DNA of 64,000 nucleotides, taken from positions 10,080,923 to 10,144,922 of the forward strand of contig NC_083449.1 in NCBI RefSeq assembly GCF_020745735.1, given 5' to 3'. Numbering within the stretch: position 1 is the stretch's first letter; each line of letters starts with the position of its first letter. The notes beneath the pieces were generated by a model. It was given only the letters and a program-made list of their open reading frames with translations. It had not been told where the DNA came from and ran no database searches. This DNA comes from Hemiscyllium ocellatum (Eukaryota). Shown here in pieces: positions 26,367 to 40,546 of the stretch. The position numbers and the translations under genes were made by a program.

Positions 26367-27828
26367 ACTCAACAGCATCTGTGAAAGGAGTTGACCTCTG
26401 CCTAATTACATATTTCAGAGCCCTGTGCTTTGTACCTGACATCAATGAAATCCTATCTCCTTTTCATTGGATACTGTTACTGTCTGTGGGAGCAGAGGAA
26501 GAATATATCATAAAATGCGATTGCAACGGTGTCTGGAACTACGCTATTTCTCATTGCACGGTCACTGCCTGAGGGATCTGGCTTTAGGTGATGTCCAATG
26601 AGTTTAGACTGGTGTTACGAACGTCCCCAATCGCGTTTGAACTTCCATTAGTTTCACAGTTAGTTGAAGTTGGGACTGGTTGGGTTGACCCAGAGCAGTA
26701 ATTTGTCAGTCGCTGAAGGAGTCGTCCCTGACCCTCTGCGCTTTACTCTCTGCTCGGTTCACATACAGTCTTTTATCCACATTCTTGTGAGAGAGAGAGA
26801 GAGCAGATTGAACGCCAGTGAGGCATTTTTCAACTGAAAAGGAGGGGATGGGGTAAACTGAGACTGTCTAAACTCCAATTTTGTAATGAAAAACATAATC
26901 AACACATAGATTCTCCTCTATAAAAGACCCTGCTCTTTTGTACACGTTGGCGGGCATTTTCAAATTTGAAAATAAGCCGTTGATGTCTTGGCGCCAATAT
27001 TACTTATCTCTATCCCCCCGGCACCCATGATGCTAACAATTAAAGAGAAGAACAATGGGCCCTATTTCACTAGAGACGTTTAAAGTGCTCCTTTACAACG
27101 CTATCCTACTTCCACAGTCCATGTTTTCTGTATTGACAGCACAATGCCAACAGCGAAAAACAAAGGCCAAACAATGAAATTTCACCACTCTTCGGAAAAC
27201 ATTTTTTTTACTGCACTTCAGCTGCCTGTGTAGTCTGTCATCAATTATCTTTCTAAAAAGGCATCACAGCCAGTTTCGCATTGCTCTAACCGCATTAGGA
27301 ACAGCTGAAAATGACCCAACTAATCGGAAACGTCGATTTCGCTGCACTTTGGATGTTGCCTGAACTGCTGTGCTCTTCCAGCACCACTGATCCAGAATCT
27401 GGTTTCCAGCATCTGCAGTCATTGTTTTTACCTGCCTGTGCTTGGTTGTGCAGTGCGGTCATGAGGTCCCTACCCCGTAAAGAGAGAATACATTAAAGTG
27501 CACTCGGTCATTTAATGCGTTCATCGGGAAGAATGTTCATACCGGCATCTCCAAATCATGACTACTGTCGGAGATTAGAAATTCTTGATGAAATGTCTTT
27601 CTGCTCATTGTTCCTCAGCTGTAACTGAACGTGGCTGAGGAGGGTGTTTGGAAATTGGCGCCAAAACGTCAAACGGTTTCTTTCGGATTTGAAAACGCAG
27701 TCAAGATGCAGAAAGTAGGAGGCAGTTTGAATGAGAAGAATGCATATGTAATTATTAGTTGATTTGTTTTTAGTTCACACCCTCTTGGGAGGGTCGGTTC
27801 AGACTCAATGGGCCGTATTGGCCCCTTT

Positions 27829-28034
27829 CTCAGGACTTCCAAGATCGACCTGCGCTTCCAGAGCTCGGCGGTGATGACCCTGAGGACACCAACCCGTGCG
27901 CCATCCACGCCAAGCGAGTCACCATCATGCCCAAAGACATCCAGCTGACCCGCGGGGAGCGCGCTTAAACGGAGCCTAGCCGGCCCTGCACATTCACCCC
28001 GAGACAGAGAAACACAACGGCTCTTTTCAGAGCC
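27829..28034 (+). pseudogene. H3: Histone H3 3' fragment with deletions, retaining 3' UTR and stem-loop
   Basis: Matches 57939-58190 with a 1-nt insertion and ~37-nt and 9-nt deletions; stem-loop GGCTCTTTTCAGAGCC at 28019-28034; 5' part absent, a SINE tail lies upstream. Confidence 0.9.
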
Positions 28035-28061
28035 ATTAAACTATCCAGAGAGAGCCGAAAT

Positions 28062-28161
28062 CCATTCCTCATTCCTGATGAAGGGCTTATGCCCGAAACG
28101 TCGAATTTCCTGTTCCTTGAATGCTGCCTGACCTGCTGCGCTTTTCCAGCAACACATTTTC
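28062..28161 (+). mobile_element. Penelope-like pLTR fragment with intact hammerhead (28071-28106)
   Basis: ATTC-CTGATGA-A-GGGC-TTAT-GCCC-GAAAC-GTC-GAAT; TSD AGAGCCGAAAT at 28051 and 28162. Confidence 0.8.
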
Positions 28162-28639
28162 AGAGCCGAAATGCACCCTGGCTTTTGGTTTTATGTTAGA
28201 AACTCGTGCCTTGCTGTTTTTACACCGGGTTGATTCAGCTATGTTTGACGGAACTGAATCTTGCCGAGATGTAAGTGCCCAGGAGCTGACTGATGTATTT
28301 GTTTGGCGTTCATGAGCGTCAATCGTCAGCAAGCGGCAGTGGAGTTAGTTACACGTTGAGAATTTAACAGTGATCACACAACATAAATGAAGTACGGATT
28401 CCGTACTTGTCTGAGATTAAAGTTAAAAATCACACAACACCAGGTTATAGTCCAACAGGTTTAATGGAAAGCACACAAGCTTTTGGAGCGCTGCTCCTTC
28501 CTCGTGTGGTTGTGGAAGACACAATTATAAACCACAGAATTTATAGCAAAAATTTAGTGTGATGTAACTGAAATTATATATTGAAAAATACCTTGATCGT
28601 TTGCTGTGCCTTTCATCTAGTCACTTACATTAATGAGCA

Positions 28640-31600
28640 TTACTGAGGAAGTGCTGCTCCACCTCCACAAATCATTGGTCAGATCACATTTGTGTTCAGT
28701 AATGGGCACTTTATTTAAGGAAGGAACTTTAAGCTCTGGAGAGCATTCACTGAAGATTTTTTTAGAATGATAGCATGAATGAAGGATTCTACGTACAAGG
28801 AAGGGTTAGTGATATCAGGCTCCTTCTCCTTGGAATAGAGAAGATTAAGAGGGGGACTTTATGGAGATGTTCAAAATTATGAAGAATTTTGCCAGGGGTA
28901 AGAGGAATAATTTGTTACCACTAGTTGGTATGTCAGTAACTAGAGGTCACAATTTCAAGATTGTCAGCAAGAGAGAGAGAGGAGTGAGATGAGGAGAAAT
29001 GTCTTTACTCAGAGTTATTAGGATTTTGGATTGTGCAGCCTGGGATCGTGGAGGAGGTCGATTCCATATGAGGTATGAAAAGAGAGTTGGATGTGTATTG
29101 ACAGTGATGAAGTTAGAGGGCAATGAAGATCGGGCTGGAAAACAATCCCATCTTTAATTATTTCCAGCTCACCACAATTTACACAAAATGTGTAGAGTAC
29201 GTTCAATTCATTGGCATGTCTGCCTCAACCCATTCACCAGGAGATCAAATGGAGGCTCAAGTTAGGAAGGAACAGCATAAAATCTCAAATATCTGCCATC
29301 AACAGTTAGATTGTGCTACAGTGAGATCAACTGACACATTGAAGGTTGTGGGAGAGACAATTACGCAGATGGTTTTTCAAGACAAGTCCATATTTGGAAA
29401 GAACACCTTGCTGACTGAATTGAGACAATGCCTAGCCTAGTCACAGAAATGTGACATTGCTATGCCTTCTCTTCCTTGTCCTCCTTATTTGCTGAAAGGT
29501 AGGATTGCTACTGATCAATTTGTGAACGTGGAAGCTTGGCATAAGCATTTCCCTCTTCTTCTTGACCTGGTTCCTCATCCCCTTCTGTATCTCTGTGCCT
29601 CAGAGGGGTGAATGTGATGTAGGATGGTTGTTGCTCTGCTTGGTCAGCCTGAAAACAGGTCAAAAGAGAAACAGGATCAGGACCAACATTGGTGTCATTG
29701 TGGACAGAGAAGGTTATCTAAGAGTACAATGGAAATTTGATCAACTGGGCCAATGGGTCAAAGAATGGCAGATGAGGTTTAACTAGAATAAATGCAAGGT
29801 GTTGCATTTTTGGAAGGCAAAGCAGGGCAGGACTTATACTGTAAATAGAACAAGTATTTTTATGAACAAACAGAACTTGGGGTGCAGATGAATAGTTCCT
29901 TAAATGTGGCATATGGTGGTGAAGGCAGCGTTTGGCATGCTTGCCTTCACTGATCAGAGCATTGACGGCAGGAGTTGGGGCAGAATGTTACAGCTGTACA
30001 AGATGTTGGTGAGGCCATTTTTAGAATCCTGTGTACAATCCTGGTCAACCTGCTGTGGAAATGATGTGGTTAAGCTAGAAAGGGTACAGAAAAAAATTAC
30101 AAAGATGTGACCACAAGTACAGAGTTTGAATTATAAGGAGAAGATGCATAAGCTGGGAGCTATTCTCCTCTGGAGCATTAGAGGCTGAGGGGTGAACTTA
30201 CAGAGGCTATATATCACAAGGGGCATAGATAAGGTAAATAGGTATGATCTTTTCCCCAAGGTAGGGGTGTCCAAAACTAGTGGGCATTAGTTTAAGGTGA
30301 GAGGAGAAAGATTAAAATGGGACTTGAGAGGTAAACTTATCACACAGAGGGCAGTGTGCATATGGAATGAGCTGCCAGAGGAAGTGGTAGAGGCAGGTAC
30401 AATTACAACATTTCAAAGACAGTTGGAAAAGTACATGGATAAGAAAGGTTTAGAGAGATATGGGCCAAATGCAAACAAATGGGACTGGTTGAGTTTGTGA
30501 AACCTGATCGGCACAGGCGAGTTGTGCTGAAGGGCCTGTTTTAATGCTGTATGACTCTATGAAAATGGATGAGAATAACAAATTTGCCTGAAAGACAATG
30601 AGAGTGTACAGGAGGAGCTGTGAATATCTGGGGTCATTATACAGACCAATTTCTCTTGGCACAGCACATGATTGGAATAAACCTAAAACTGACCCTGACA
30701 AATGCTATTTCTCTGTACTCTGAACAGGATGTGGCAATTCAGAAATGTCCTTGAAACAAATGATTGCACAGCCAGAAGGCAGTGAAGCCTTGGAAAGGGT
30801 TCGGAATCACATGCATACCAGATCGGTTAAGGAGGGCAGATTTCATTCTCTGAATGACCATCACAGACTGGAGTATGAGAAGGCTATTCGGCCCCTTGAG
30901 CCTGCTCAGCCATTCAATAGCATCATGACTAATGCCCCATTTTTCACACTAACTTTCCTGCATTTAACATGTAACCCTCAATTCCCTGACTGATCAAGAT
31001 TATATCTACCCCAGCTATAAACCTGCTCCCTGTCCCCACACACTTTGTGGTAAGGAGTTCCAAAGATTCACAATCCTCTGAGAGAAGAAATTCCTCCTCA
31101 CCTCTGTCTTCAATTTTGAACCAGATGGTTGTTTGTTCCTGACAACAGTCATCATTAGAGTCTTAACTCCAGATCTGTTTTTGTTTAAAATCGAATTCCA
31201 AATTCACCACATGCCACAGCAAGATTCAAATTCAAATCTCCAGGACATATCGTGGGGAGCTGAAAACACAGAATTTTGCTTCCCGCTATTTCAGAAACTG
31301 AAAGTGAATTTCATCAAAATTGAGGACAGAATAAATTGCCCCACACCATTGAGCTAAGCATTGGTGTCACCACAATCCATACAGTGTGGAAATAGAACAT
31401 TCAGCCCATTTGGTCTGCCCCAAGCCAGTGAAGAACATCCCAAACAGACCCTGACCCTATCCCTGTAACCCTGTATTAACCATGGCCAATCCCCTAACCT
31501 GCACATCATAGAATCCTACAGTGTGGAAGTAGGCCTTTCAGCCCACTGAGTCCATACTGACCCTCTGAATAGCATTCCACCCACACACACCGCTCTACCC

Positions 31601-34600
31601 TAAGCCCTGCAACCCCGTATTTGCATTGGCTAACCCTCCTAGCCTGCATAATTCTCACACTATGGGCAATTTAGCACGGTCAATTCATCTAAATTGCACA
31701 TATTTGGATTGTGGGAGGAAACCAGAGTGTACAAACAAAACCCACGCAGAGAAGGGGAGAATGTGCAAACTCCATAACAACAGTCACCTGGGGCTAGAAT
31801 TGTTCCCGGGTCCCTGGTGCTGTGAGACAGCAATGCTAACCACTGAGCCACTATGCAACCCAATGTTATTGCCTCTGGTTAGTTCAGTTGATTCTATAGT
31901 TGGCTTACAATGTATCGTCACGCTGACAGCATGTGGTTCAATTGCTGCTCTGGTGGAGATTGCTGTGAATGATCATCCCCTGTGCCTTAGATGTGTTGAC
32001 CCTCAGGTTAAACCATAAAACAGTTGTTGCTTTTTCTCTCTTTTTCTCGCCCACACCACTTTCTTTCTAATGAGACGATGGTCACTTTACATTAACCACC
32101 TGCTAAAAACATAACTGCTGATTAAAAATTAACTGCCCTCTTTTTCACTGCAAAATAACTAGTGTTTCCTTCCTGATGCATGATTTGAGTAAGTTGTAAA
32201 TAAAATACAAGACATCTTACCAACAGTATATATCTCAATGAACTGTGAGAGATTGCACAGGGAGATTTACCAGCATATTGAATTGGGGGCTGGAGACTTT
32301 CAGTGAGGAAGAGAAATTGGACAGACTGGGGTTGTAGTCCTTACAGCAGAGTGGATTGAAAGTGAGGTGGGGGGAGGGGCATATATTAAAGGTAAAGGCC
32401 TGGAAGTTTTGAGGGTATGTGAGGAAAGACTTGTTCACCCAGATGGTGGTGGGGAATCTGGAACTCACTGCCTGTAAGGGTAGGAGAGGCAGAAACCATC
32501 ATCACATTGAAGGTTGTGACGCTAATGTTATGGGTCAAGTACTGGGGAAGTGGTATTAGAGAATGGCGAGGTGATGTTTTCTGTTCGGCACAGACCCGAT
32601 GGGCCAATGGGCCATTTTTTTCTGACTTGTGGACATCTCAGAAACTATGACTAACTCAGTTTGGGATGTGTATTATACATCCAAGATACCAACTAACTGT
32701 AACGTGACTTTGAATATTTCATGTTCAGAAACGAGGGGTTTGTTGTCGAAAGAGAGATTGAACAATTTAGGCCAATACTCTCTGGAGTTTAGAGGAAAGA
32801 GGGGAGATCCAACTGAGGGATGTAGAATGCTAAAGGAGGTGGGATTGACAAAGGAGACGGAGAGAGGATGTTTCCTCATTTGGGACAATTTAGAACGATA
32901 GGATTCTTATTTCAGGAGAAGGGGGCAGGACAGTTTGAACACAAAGCTGGTGAGGAATGACTTCCTCTCCAAGGGAGAGGGGGTGGAAATTTCTGGGAAT
33001 TTACCCTCCAGTGTGTGGGGGCATGTCATGACACTAAATAACTTGAAGGACGGAATAGACAGATTGTCAATCAGTGAGGGGTTAAAGGGAGCAGGGGCAG
33101 GACATTGGAGCTGAGACTGCGGTGAGATCAGCCACAGCCTTAAAGAATGGGAGAAGCAGAATCCAGAGGGCTCCAGGTCCATATGTTGTGTTGTTCGTAC
33201 AGCTACCTGAACACTTTTAGTGTGGCTGGCCCATAGCACATGCTCAGAAATCTCTGAATCTGAGGGCATAAACTGTGTATTGCATCACAGTCTATTAGTG
33301 TCTTAGTAACCAAGACCATGAGATAGAGCAACCATTCGGCCCATCAAGTCTACTCCACTATTCTGTCATGGCTGATATGTTTCTTAACTCCATTCTCCTG
33401 CCTTCTCTTTCTAATGATTGATCCTCCTACTGATCAAGAATCTATCTAACTCTGTCTTAAAGACATAATAACATCCATCTGCAGTAATGAGTTCCACAGA
33501 CTTCCCACTGTCTGACTGATGAAATTCCTCCTCATCTCAGTTCTAAAGGTAGTTCCCTTCACTCTGAGGCTGTGCCTTCGGGTCCTAGTCTCTCCTCGTA
33601 GAAACATCGTCTCCATGTCCACTCTATCCGGGACTTGCAGAATTCTCCCAGTTTCAATCAGATTCTCCCTCCCCCTTCTAAACTCCATGGAGTCCTGACT
33701 CAGAGTCCTCAACCTCTCCTTACATAACAAGTTCTTCATCCCTGGGATCTTTCTTGTAAACTCCCTCTGGACTCACTCCAGATTCAGCACACCCTTCCTT
33801 AGATAGGGGTCCCAAAACTGCTCACAATATTCCAAATGTGGTCTGACCAGAGCCTTATACAGCCTTAGCAGTACATCCCTGTTTTTGTATCCTACACCTC
33901 TTCAAATGAATGCTAACACTGCATTTGCCTTCCCAACTGCCAGCTGAACCTGCCCATTAACCTGAAAAGAATCCTGAACTCGGACTCCCAAGTCCCTTTT
34001 TGCTTCAGATTTCCTAAACCTTTTCCCATTTAGAAAACAGTCCCTGTCTCTATTCTTCCCACTAAAGTACATAACTTCCCACTTTCCCACATTGCATACC
34101 ATCTGACATTTCGCAGCCTACTCTCCAAGTCTGTCCAAAGCCTTCTACAACCTTCCCACTTCCTCAACACTACCTGTCCTTCCACCTATCTTTGCATCAT
34201 CAAAGAAACACTCAGGACAATGAATTGGCAATGCTCCTCATGTGGATGATGCTGGACCCAGAGCGAATGGCTCCTTGCCACAAAGCCCAAGGCCAAAAAG
34301 GACCACTTTCAGACATTTAGCTGGGCAATCAACTGATAGATAGGTTTAGGATGACAGGAGAAAAAGTTAAAAGGGGACCAAATTGGTTACCTTTTCACGC
34401 AATTCTGGTGTGTGTATGGAATTAGATGCCCAATAATGTGGTGCAGGCTGGTACAATTGCAACATTTAAAAGGCATCTGGATGGGTATGTGAATAGGAAG
34501 CGTTAGAGGGAGGTGGGCCAACTGCTAGTAAGTGGGATGACATTGATTTGGGATACCTGTTGAACATGGAAAAGTTCGACTAAAGGATATGTTTCTGTGC

Positions 34601-35970
34601 TGTACATCCCTATGGCCTGATGATTACATTTTCATGGCCACTGCATTACCTCAAAGAACAAGTCTTTGAGCCAACATGCCTATAATTTGTGCATTTCAAA
34701 GCAGGGTTTCATTGTTAGGGAAGGGAGGTATTTGAGTGAATTTCTGACAGAAAAGAAACCAGAGGCGCTGTTTTCATAACAGAGGAACGTAAGAACTGGT
34801 GTGGGCCATTCAGCCCCATCAACATGTTGTCCCACTGAATACGATCATGACTGATCAAGCATTACAATACATTTTGCACACTCCATCCCCATCTAGTTGA
34901 AGACTGGTAATCAGAAATCTATCATCCTCTAAATTTAACATATACAGTGATGGAGTGATCCTAGCCCCCTGCAGGTCCGGAATTCTAAAGAGTTACAATC
35001 CAACGGGCAAAACACAATAAACCCTCATCTTGGACCAACGTCCCACTTGGTTCTAGTATCCCTCAATCAGCAAATGGTCAATATATAGGTGACATGCCTC
35101 TTTAAAAATTACATTACTTTATTTACAATGATATCATCACTCATCCGTCCAAAGCCTGGATAACACAGGCCCAGTTTACCCACTGTCTCTTCATTGGATA
35201 TTGCCCCTATCCCAGAGACAAATTTTCTGAATCTTCATGGCTCTCTGTCTGCATGGAAATAACATATATCCTGAGAAAAGGAGACCCAAAATGCACTCAG
35301 ACCTGCAGGTACCGTCTAATCAACGTCCGATGTTGTTGAAACAAGACTTCACTGCTCCAGTACTCATATCCTCTTGTAATAATGGTTATCATTCCATTAG
35401 CCTTCATACAAGCATAATTTGGCATGGAGCAAGGCATCATAGATTCTTGCAATATCGGTGCAACTGTAATATTGGGTTTCTTTAATTGACTTAGATATTT
35501 GACAAAACAAATGGTGGAGTATTTCCATTAGCATGTGTATGTGCATATTTAAAAAATGCTTTGAGGAACGTGGGTGTCACTGGCAGATAAGTATTTATTG
35601 CCTGTTCTTAGTTGCCCTTGAGAAGGTGGTAGTGATTCACATTCATGAAATGTGAATGAGTATGTGTATGCATGAGAGAGTGAGGGATGGTTCTTTAACC
35701 TTGCAGAACCAACTGGAAAACAGTCTGTTCTAAACGGGATACTTTGCAATGAGAAATGATGCATTAACAGTCTTCTTATGCAATGATCCTTTGGAGAAGA
35801 GTGACCATAACGTGGCAGAATTCTTCATGAAGATGGAGAGGCAAGTAAATAAACTAGAAGCTAGAACTCTGATGCTAAATAACGGAACATATGATATAAG
35901 AGGCATGAATTGACAAGGATGCATTGTGAGGCCATACTATGGTGGTTGATGGTGGATACGGGATGGTTCA
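28640..35970. mobile_element. Patchwork of decayed CR1/L2 3' fragments and SINEs (V-SINE ~31375-31860 minus)
   Basis: RT-end motifs (LYKMLVRPFLE, WNELPEEVVEA, WNSL) and a V-domain. Confidence 0.75.
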
Positions 35971-35989
35971 CGTTTGAAAATTGTCTTAT

Positions 35990-37510
35990 AGACAATAGAC
36001 AATAGGTGCAGGAGTAGGCCATTCAGCCCTTCAAGCCTGCACCACCATTCAATATGATCATGGCTGATTGGCCAGGTTACCTTCGTACCTAATTTTTCCT
36101 CTGCGTATTTCCTTCTTAGTAATCCTCTGTTGTTCTTTAAAAGCTTCCCAGTCCTCCGTTTTCCCACTTTGCTATGTTATACTTTTTCTCTTTTAACTTT
36201 ATATGTTTCTTAACTTCCTTCGGCAGCCACGGCCGCCCATGCCTCCTCCTGGGATCTTTCTTCCTTTTAGGAATGAACTGATCCTGCAACTTCTGCATTA
36301 TACACAGAAATATCCGCCATTGTTCCACCACGGTCATCCCTGCTAAGGTATTGCACCATTGAACTTTGGCCAGCTCCTCCCTCATAGCTCCATAGTTCCC
36401 TTTATTCAACAGAAGAACTGTCACTTCCGACTGTACCCTATCCCTCTCAAATTGCAGATTGAAACTTACTGTATTATGGTCACTACTTCCCAATGGCTCC
36501 TTAACTTCGAGGTCTCTGACCTATTCTGGTTCATTACACAATACTAGATCCAGAATTGCCTTTTCCCTGGTCGGCTCCAGCACCAGCTGCTCTAAGAAGC
36601 CATCTCTGAGGCACTCCACAAAGTCTCCTTCGTGAGGTCCAATACTATCCTGATTGTCCCAGTCTACCTGCATGTTAAAATCCCCCATAACAACTGTAGT
36701 AACATCTTTACCACAGGCCAATTTCAGCTCCAGATTCATCTTACATCCGACATCCAGACTACTGTTTGGGGGCCTGTGGATGACTCCCAAGAGGGTCTTT
36801 TTACCCTTAGTATTTCGCAGCTCTATCCACACTGACTTTACATCTCCTGACTCTAGGTCCCCCCGCGCAAGGGACTGAATATCCTCCCTTACCAACAAGG
36901 CCACTCCACCCCCTCTGCCCATCAGTCTATCCTTACGATAGCACGTGTAGCCTTGAATATTCATTTCCCAGGCCCCGTCCACTCGAAGCCACGTCTCAGT
37001 TATCCCCACAATATCGTATCTGCCAATTTCCAAAAGAGCCTCAAGCTCATCCATCTTATTTCTAATGCTTCGTGCGTTCATATACAGTATTTTTAATTTG
37101 TTACTGCTCTCACCCTTCCCATCAACCCCTATTTCACTCAACCTTACAGCATGATCTCTTTCCGAATTTTCTGCCTCATTGATACCGTTGTCTTTCTTGA
37201 CTTCTCTTTTTCTAACTTTCCCTTCAATTTCTTTTTTATACATCCAGTTTGTCCCCTCCCCCCCGCTACTTAGTTTAAATGTAGTGGTGTTGCAGTAGCA
37301 AATCTGCCTGCCAGAATGCTGGTCCCTAACCTATTAAGGTGCAAACCATCTCTCTTGTAGAATTTATGTTTACCACAAAACATACCCCAGTGATTCAAGA
37401 ACTTAAATCCTTGCTTCCCACACCAGTTCCCCAATCACATATTCAAGTCCATTATCTCCCTGTTTCTGGCCTCACCAGCCCGAGGAACTGGAAGCAAACC
37501 AGAGATAACC
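35990..37510 (-). mobile_element. Young internally deleted CR1 LINE with APE endonuclease ORF (36137-37243, one in-frame stop)
   Basis: LYMNARSIRNK..GITETWL..GDFN..LDLVL; jumps to the 3' tail at ~36075 without RT. Confidence 0.9.
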
Positions 37511-38160
37511 AATGTATTTATCAATGTGTTCTTGTCAGTTTCTTCTATGTGCATGTAACTATCAGTTTCACCTGTCCGTTTCACTTATGTGAATGTGAGT
37601 GTATTACCAGTCTGTTCCTGCTCTGCGAATTGAGACTGTCAATATTAATCTGTACTTGTCAGTTTCACCTATATCAGTATGTGAATGCAGTTACCAATCT
37701 ATGCCTCTCGATCTCTGCCTTGTCAATATGTGAATTTACTTATCGATTTCTACCTCTCAGATCCTGTTTGGTGAATATGACCAGTGCAGGTACCAATATG
37801 TATCTGTGAGATTCTGCTCTGTGAAGGAGAATGTCATTATCAGACTATACTTGTCAGTTTATGCTGTGTGAAACTGGGAGTGTGGTTATCATTCTGTTCC
37901 AGTCAGTTTTAGCTTTGTCAATAAGTGTAGTTATTAATCTGTCCCTGACAGTTACTGCAATGTGAATGTGTGACTTAAGTTAACAGAAACTGACTGATGG
38001 AGACTGATAGTCACACATATGCAACACAGTAACTGTGTCGTCATCATTTGTTTGTCTGTTTCTGCAACGTGAATGAGTGTGTAGTTATCAGCCTGTATTT
38101 GTCAGGTTTTACTATTGTGTATCAAAGTGGAAGCCAGTAATATTCTGTGTCTGTGTGATA
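37510..38160 (-). repeat. ~49-bp minisatellite array (reverse orientation)
   Basis: TGTCAGTTTC..TGTGAATGTG..AGTTATCA units; small pieces also at 22620-22800(+), 43530-43600, 53140-53270 and 63300-63470. Confidence 0.8.
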
Positions 38161-38765
38161 CATTCTGTGATAGTTGTTTATGAGAGTGTTGAGACTGGGT
38201 CTTAATCTTTTCTGCATTTTGTGATTTCTGAGTTGACTGTGGGGGTGAGTGAGGCAGAGGGGAGAAAGGGTGATGGCAGAAGGGAAACTGCTTTATTCTG
38301 AGAACCATTCTGAATTATGGTCACATATTTCCTGTTTGAGGAGAGAGTCTAGGATCTGTGGTATCACTGAGACATTTAGTTTCAATTTGTACCGAGACAT
38401 TGTTGTTGTTTTTTTTGTGAAACAGTTTTATTCTGCATGTTAGTCCATTTCTGTCTGATCATTTTTGTACCAATATGCAACACAACAGCATGTCATCTTC
38501 TTTCTCATCAAAATCAGAATCATTGATATGGTACAGCTCAGAAGCAGACCATTCAGTCTATATTGTGTCTGTACTAGGACATTCTCTAATGCATCAGATC
38601 TGCAGTATTGTTGGGAATGTGAACTTCATCGACTCATTGTCAGCGTCTATATGGAAAGGACAAATTGACATCAGTTCTGCTGTCATCTTACTTTTAGTAA
38701 TTATAGTGCTAGTTTTGATGTTTCCCCAATCTCAATCACAGATCATTGGTCAGATCATATTTGTG

Positions 38766-38969
38766 CTGAAAATGTGTTGCTGGTTAAAGCACAGCAGGTC
38801 AGGCAGCATCCAAGGAACAGGAAATTCGATGTTTCGGGCCAGAGCCCTTCATCAGGAAGAAGCTGATGAGGGTAGGAAGAAGAGAGCTTCTTCAAGCCTT
38901 CCTTGAAGAAGCTCTCTTACACATTTTCAGCTCTGATCTCCAGCATCTGCAGACCTCACTTTTTACTCG
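38766..38969 (+). mobile_element. Penelope-like mini-element with inverted 5' part, 15-bp TSD; hammerhead on minus strand 38825-38858 (AUC site)
   Basis: TSD CAGATCATATTTGTG at 38751-38765 and 38970-38984. Confidence 0.85.
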
Positions 38970-40522
38970 CAGATCATATTTGTGTTCAGTGCCGGGCACT
39001 TTTTTTAAGGGAGGATCTTCAAGCTCTGGAGAGGGTTCATTGGAGATTTACTGGATCTCATTCACTTACGTTCAGTTGTAGTTTTGTGTCTTGAGTGTAG
39101 CATAAACTCTGTAAATAAACTCTTTTTAATGATGCTTAATTGTATTGCATTTCAGTCTCAGATTATTGTTACATTGTGTGTACACGTATAGTAGACTTTA
39201 TCAGGCGCTGCTGGGCACTGCATATCCTCAGCTGTGATAAGTGATGTTGAGAGTCAATTCATATCTGGAAATAATTGAGGCCAAATTTTATTCTTTTTAC
39301 CTTTCAGCATCCAGTGGCTGAGTGAGAGAGAGTTTACTGTTGTGCGGCCAGTCTGTATCTCAGTTCATGTCTCCCGTAGAGAATAGGAAACAGCTGAGGT
39401 TCTTTAATTGTTAGTGCATGGAGGAAATACGTGCAAGTGAAAATGTAACACACTGCAACAGAGAGGATTCTGTGCTGTTCTTCAGAGTCAAGGTAGGAAG
39501 CTGGTATCGTGCAGAATCTAACAGGCAGTAATGATATAAAATGTTTGTCTTTCCCGAATGCCATTAGTTTTTGTTTCACTGCATATTGGTGTACTTTTCT
39601 GAACACTGCTGAACTAACAATCAATGTAAACTGAATCCATTTGCAACTAAGTGACAAACCATTCAACTGCATTGGAACTGACTGACAATAATGTTCCTTC
39701 TACAGAAAAGACGATTAGCCAATGCACTTTATGTTCTGATGTAGACAGAACATTACCCTGCCCTGTAGTGTGATGATGCACCATTAACAGTACTGTTGTG
39801 TTACTCGTAGTAGGGTGGGGGAAATGAAATGAATTTTATTTTTTGTCATGCTCTGCAGAATATGTAAACTGTCAAATGCAATTTATGAAATAATCAACAC
39901 TGTTCTGCTCTGCTTGAAAATAAAACAAGTTCTACAAACCTACCAATTTTGGGTTTTTTCTTACCCTTTCTCCACTGTTTTGAAGAGTGGTTATTAGGTT
40001 CCATTGATGCATTGTGAAAATTGCAGCCAGATTTCATGCTTTTTTTGTGATACATCCTCAAGAGGGGAGGAGGGATGCAGAGCTCTTTATAGATAATTGC
40101 AACTAATTTTCAGAGAAGTACAAAATTATCCAAAAAAAAGTTTCTGGTTGGATTGAAACAGACAAAACAAAGTCTTCTCCTACAATTTGAAGAAATGGAG
40201 AATGATGTTGTGATAAAGTTGGGGATGGCAGCTTCTCTGCTACCATAATACATTTATGCAAAGGAATGCTAGCTGATCAGGATGAAAATTGTTAGCTGGT
40301 TGTTTCTCATCGGTACAGACTCAAAAGTTTTGATGGGCCTGATTCTGTGCTGTCGGCCTCTCTCTGACAAAGGATCTTTGGGTAGGAGTAATTTTGAATG
40401 TAACATTTTCTGTTACTTGCAATGTCAATGGAACTGCAAGGCAGTTAGACAATGTAATGGGTGTCAGGATGGTGTATGTTTTAAAACTCATCGAAAGCCA
40501 GAGAGAGAGATAGAGACTGTGA

Positions 40523-40546
40523 GTGTGTGTGTGTGTGTGTGTGTGT
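40523..40546. repeat. (GT)n microsatellite
   Basis: Direct read. Confidence 0.9.
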
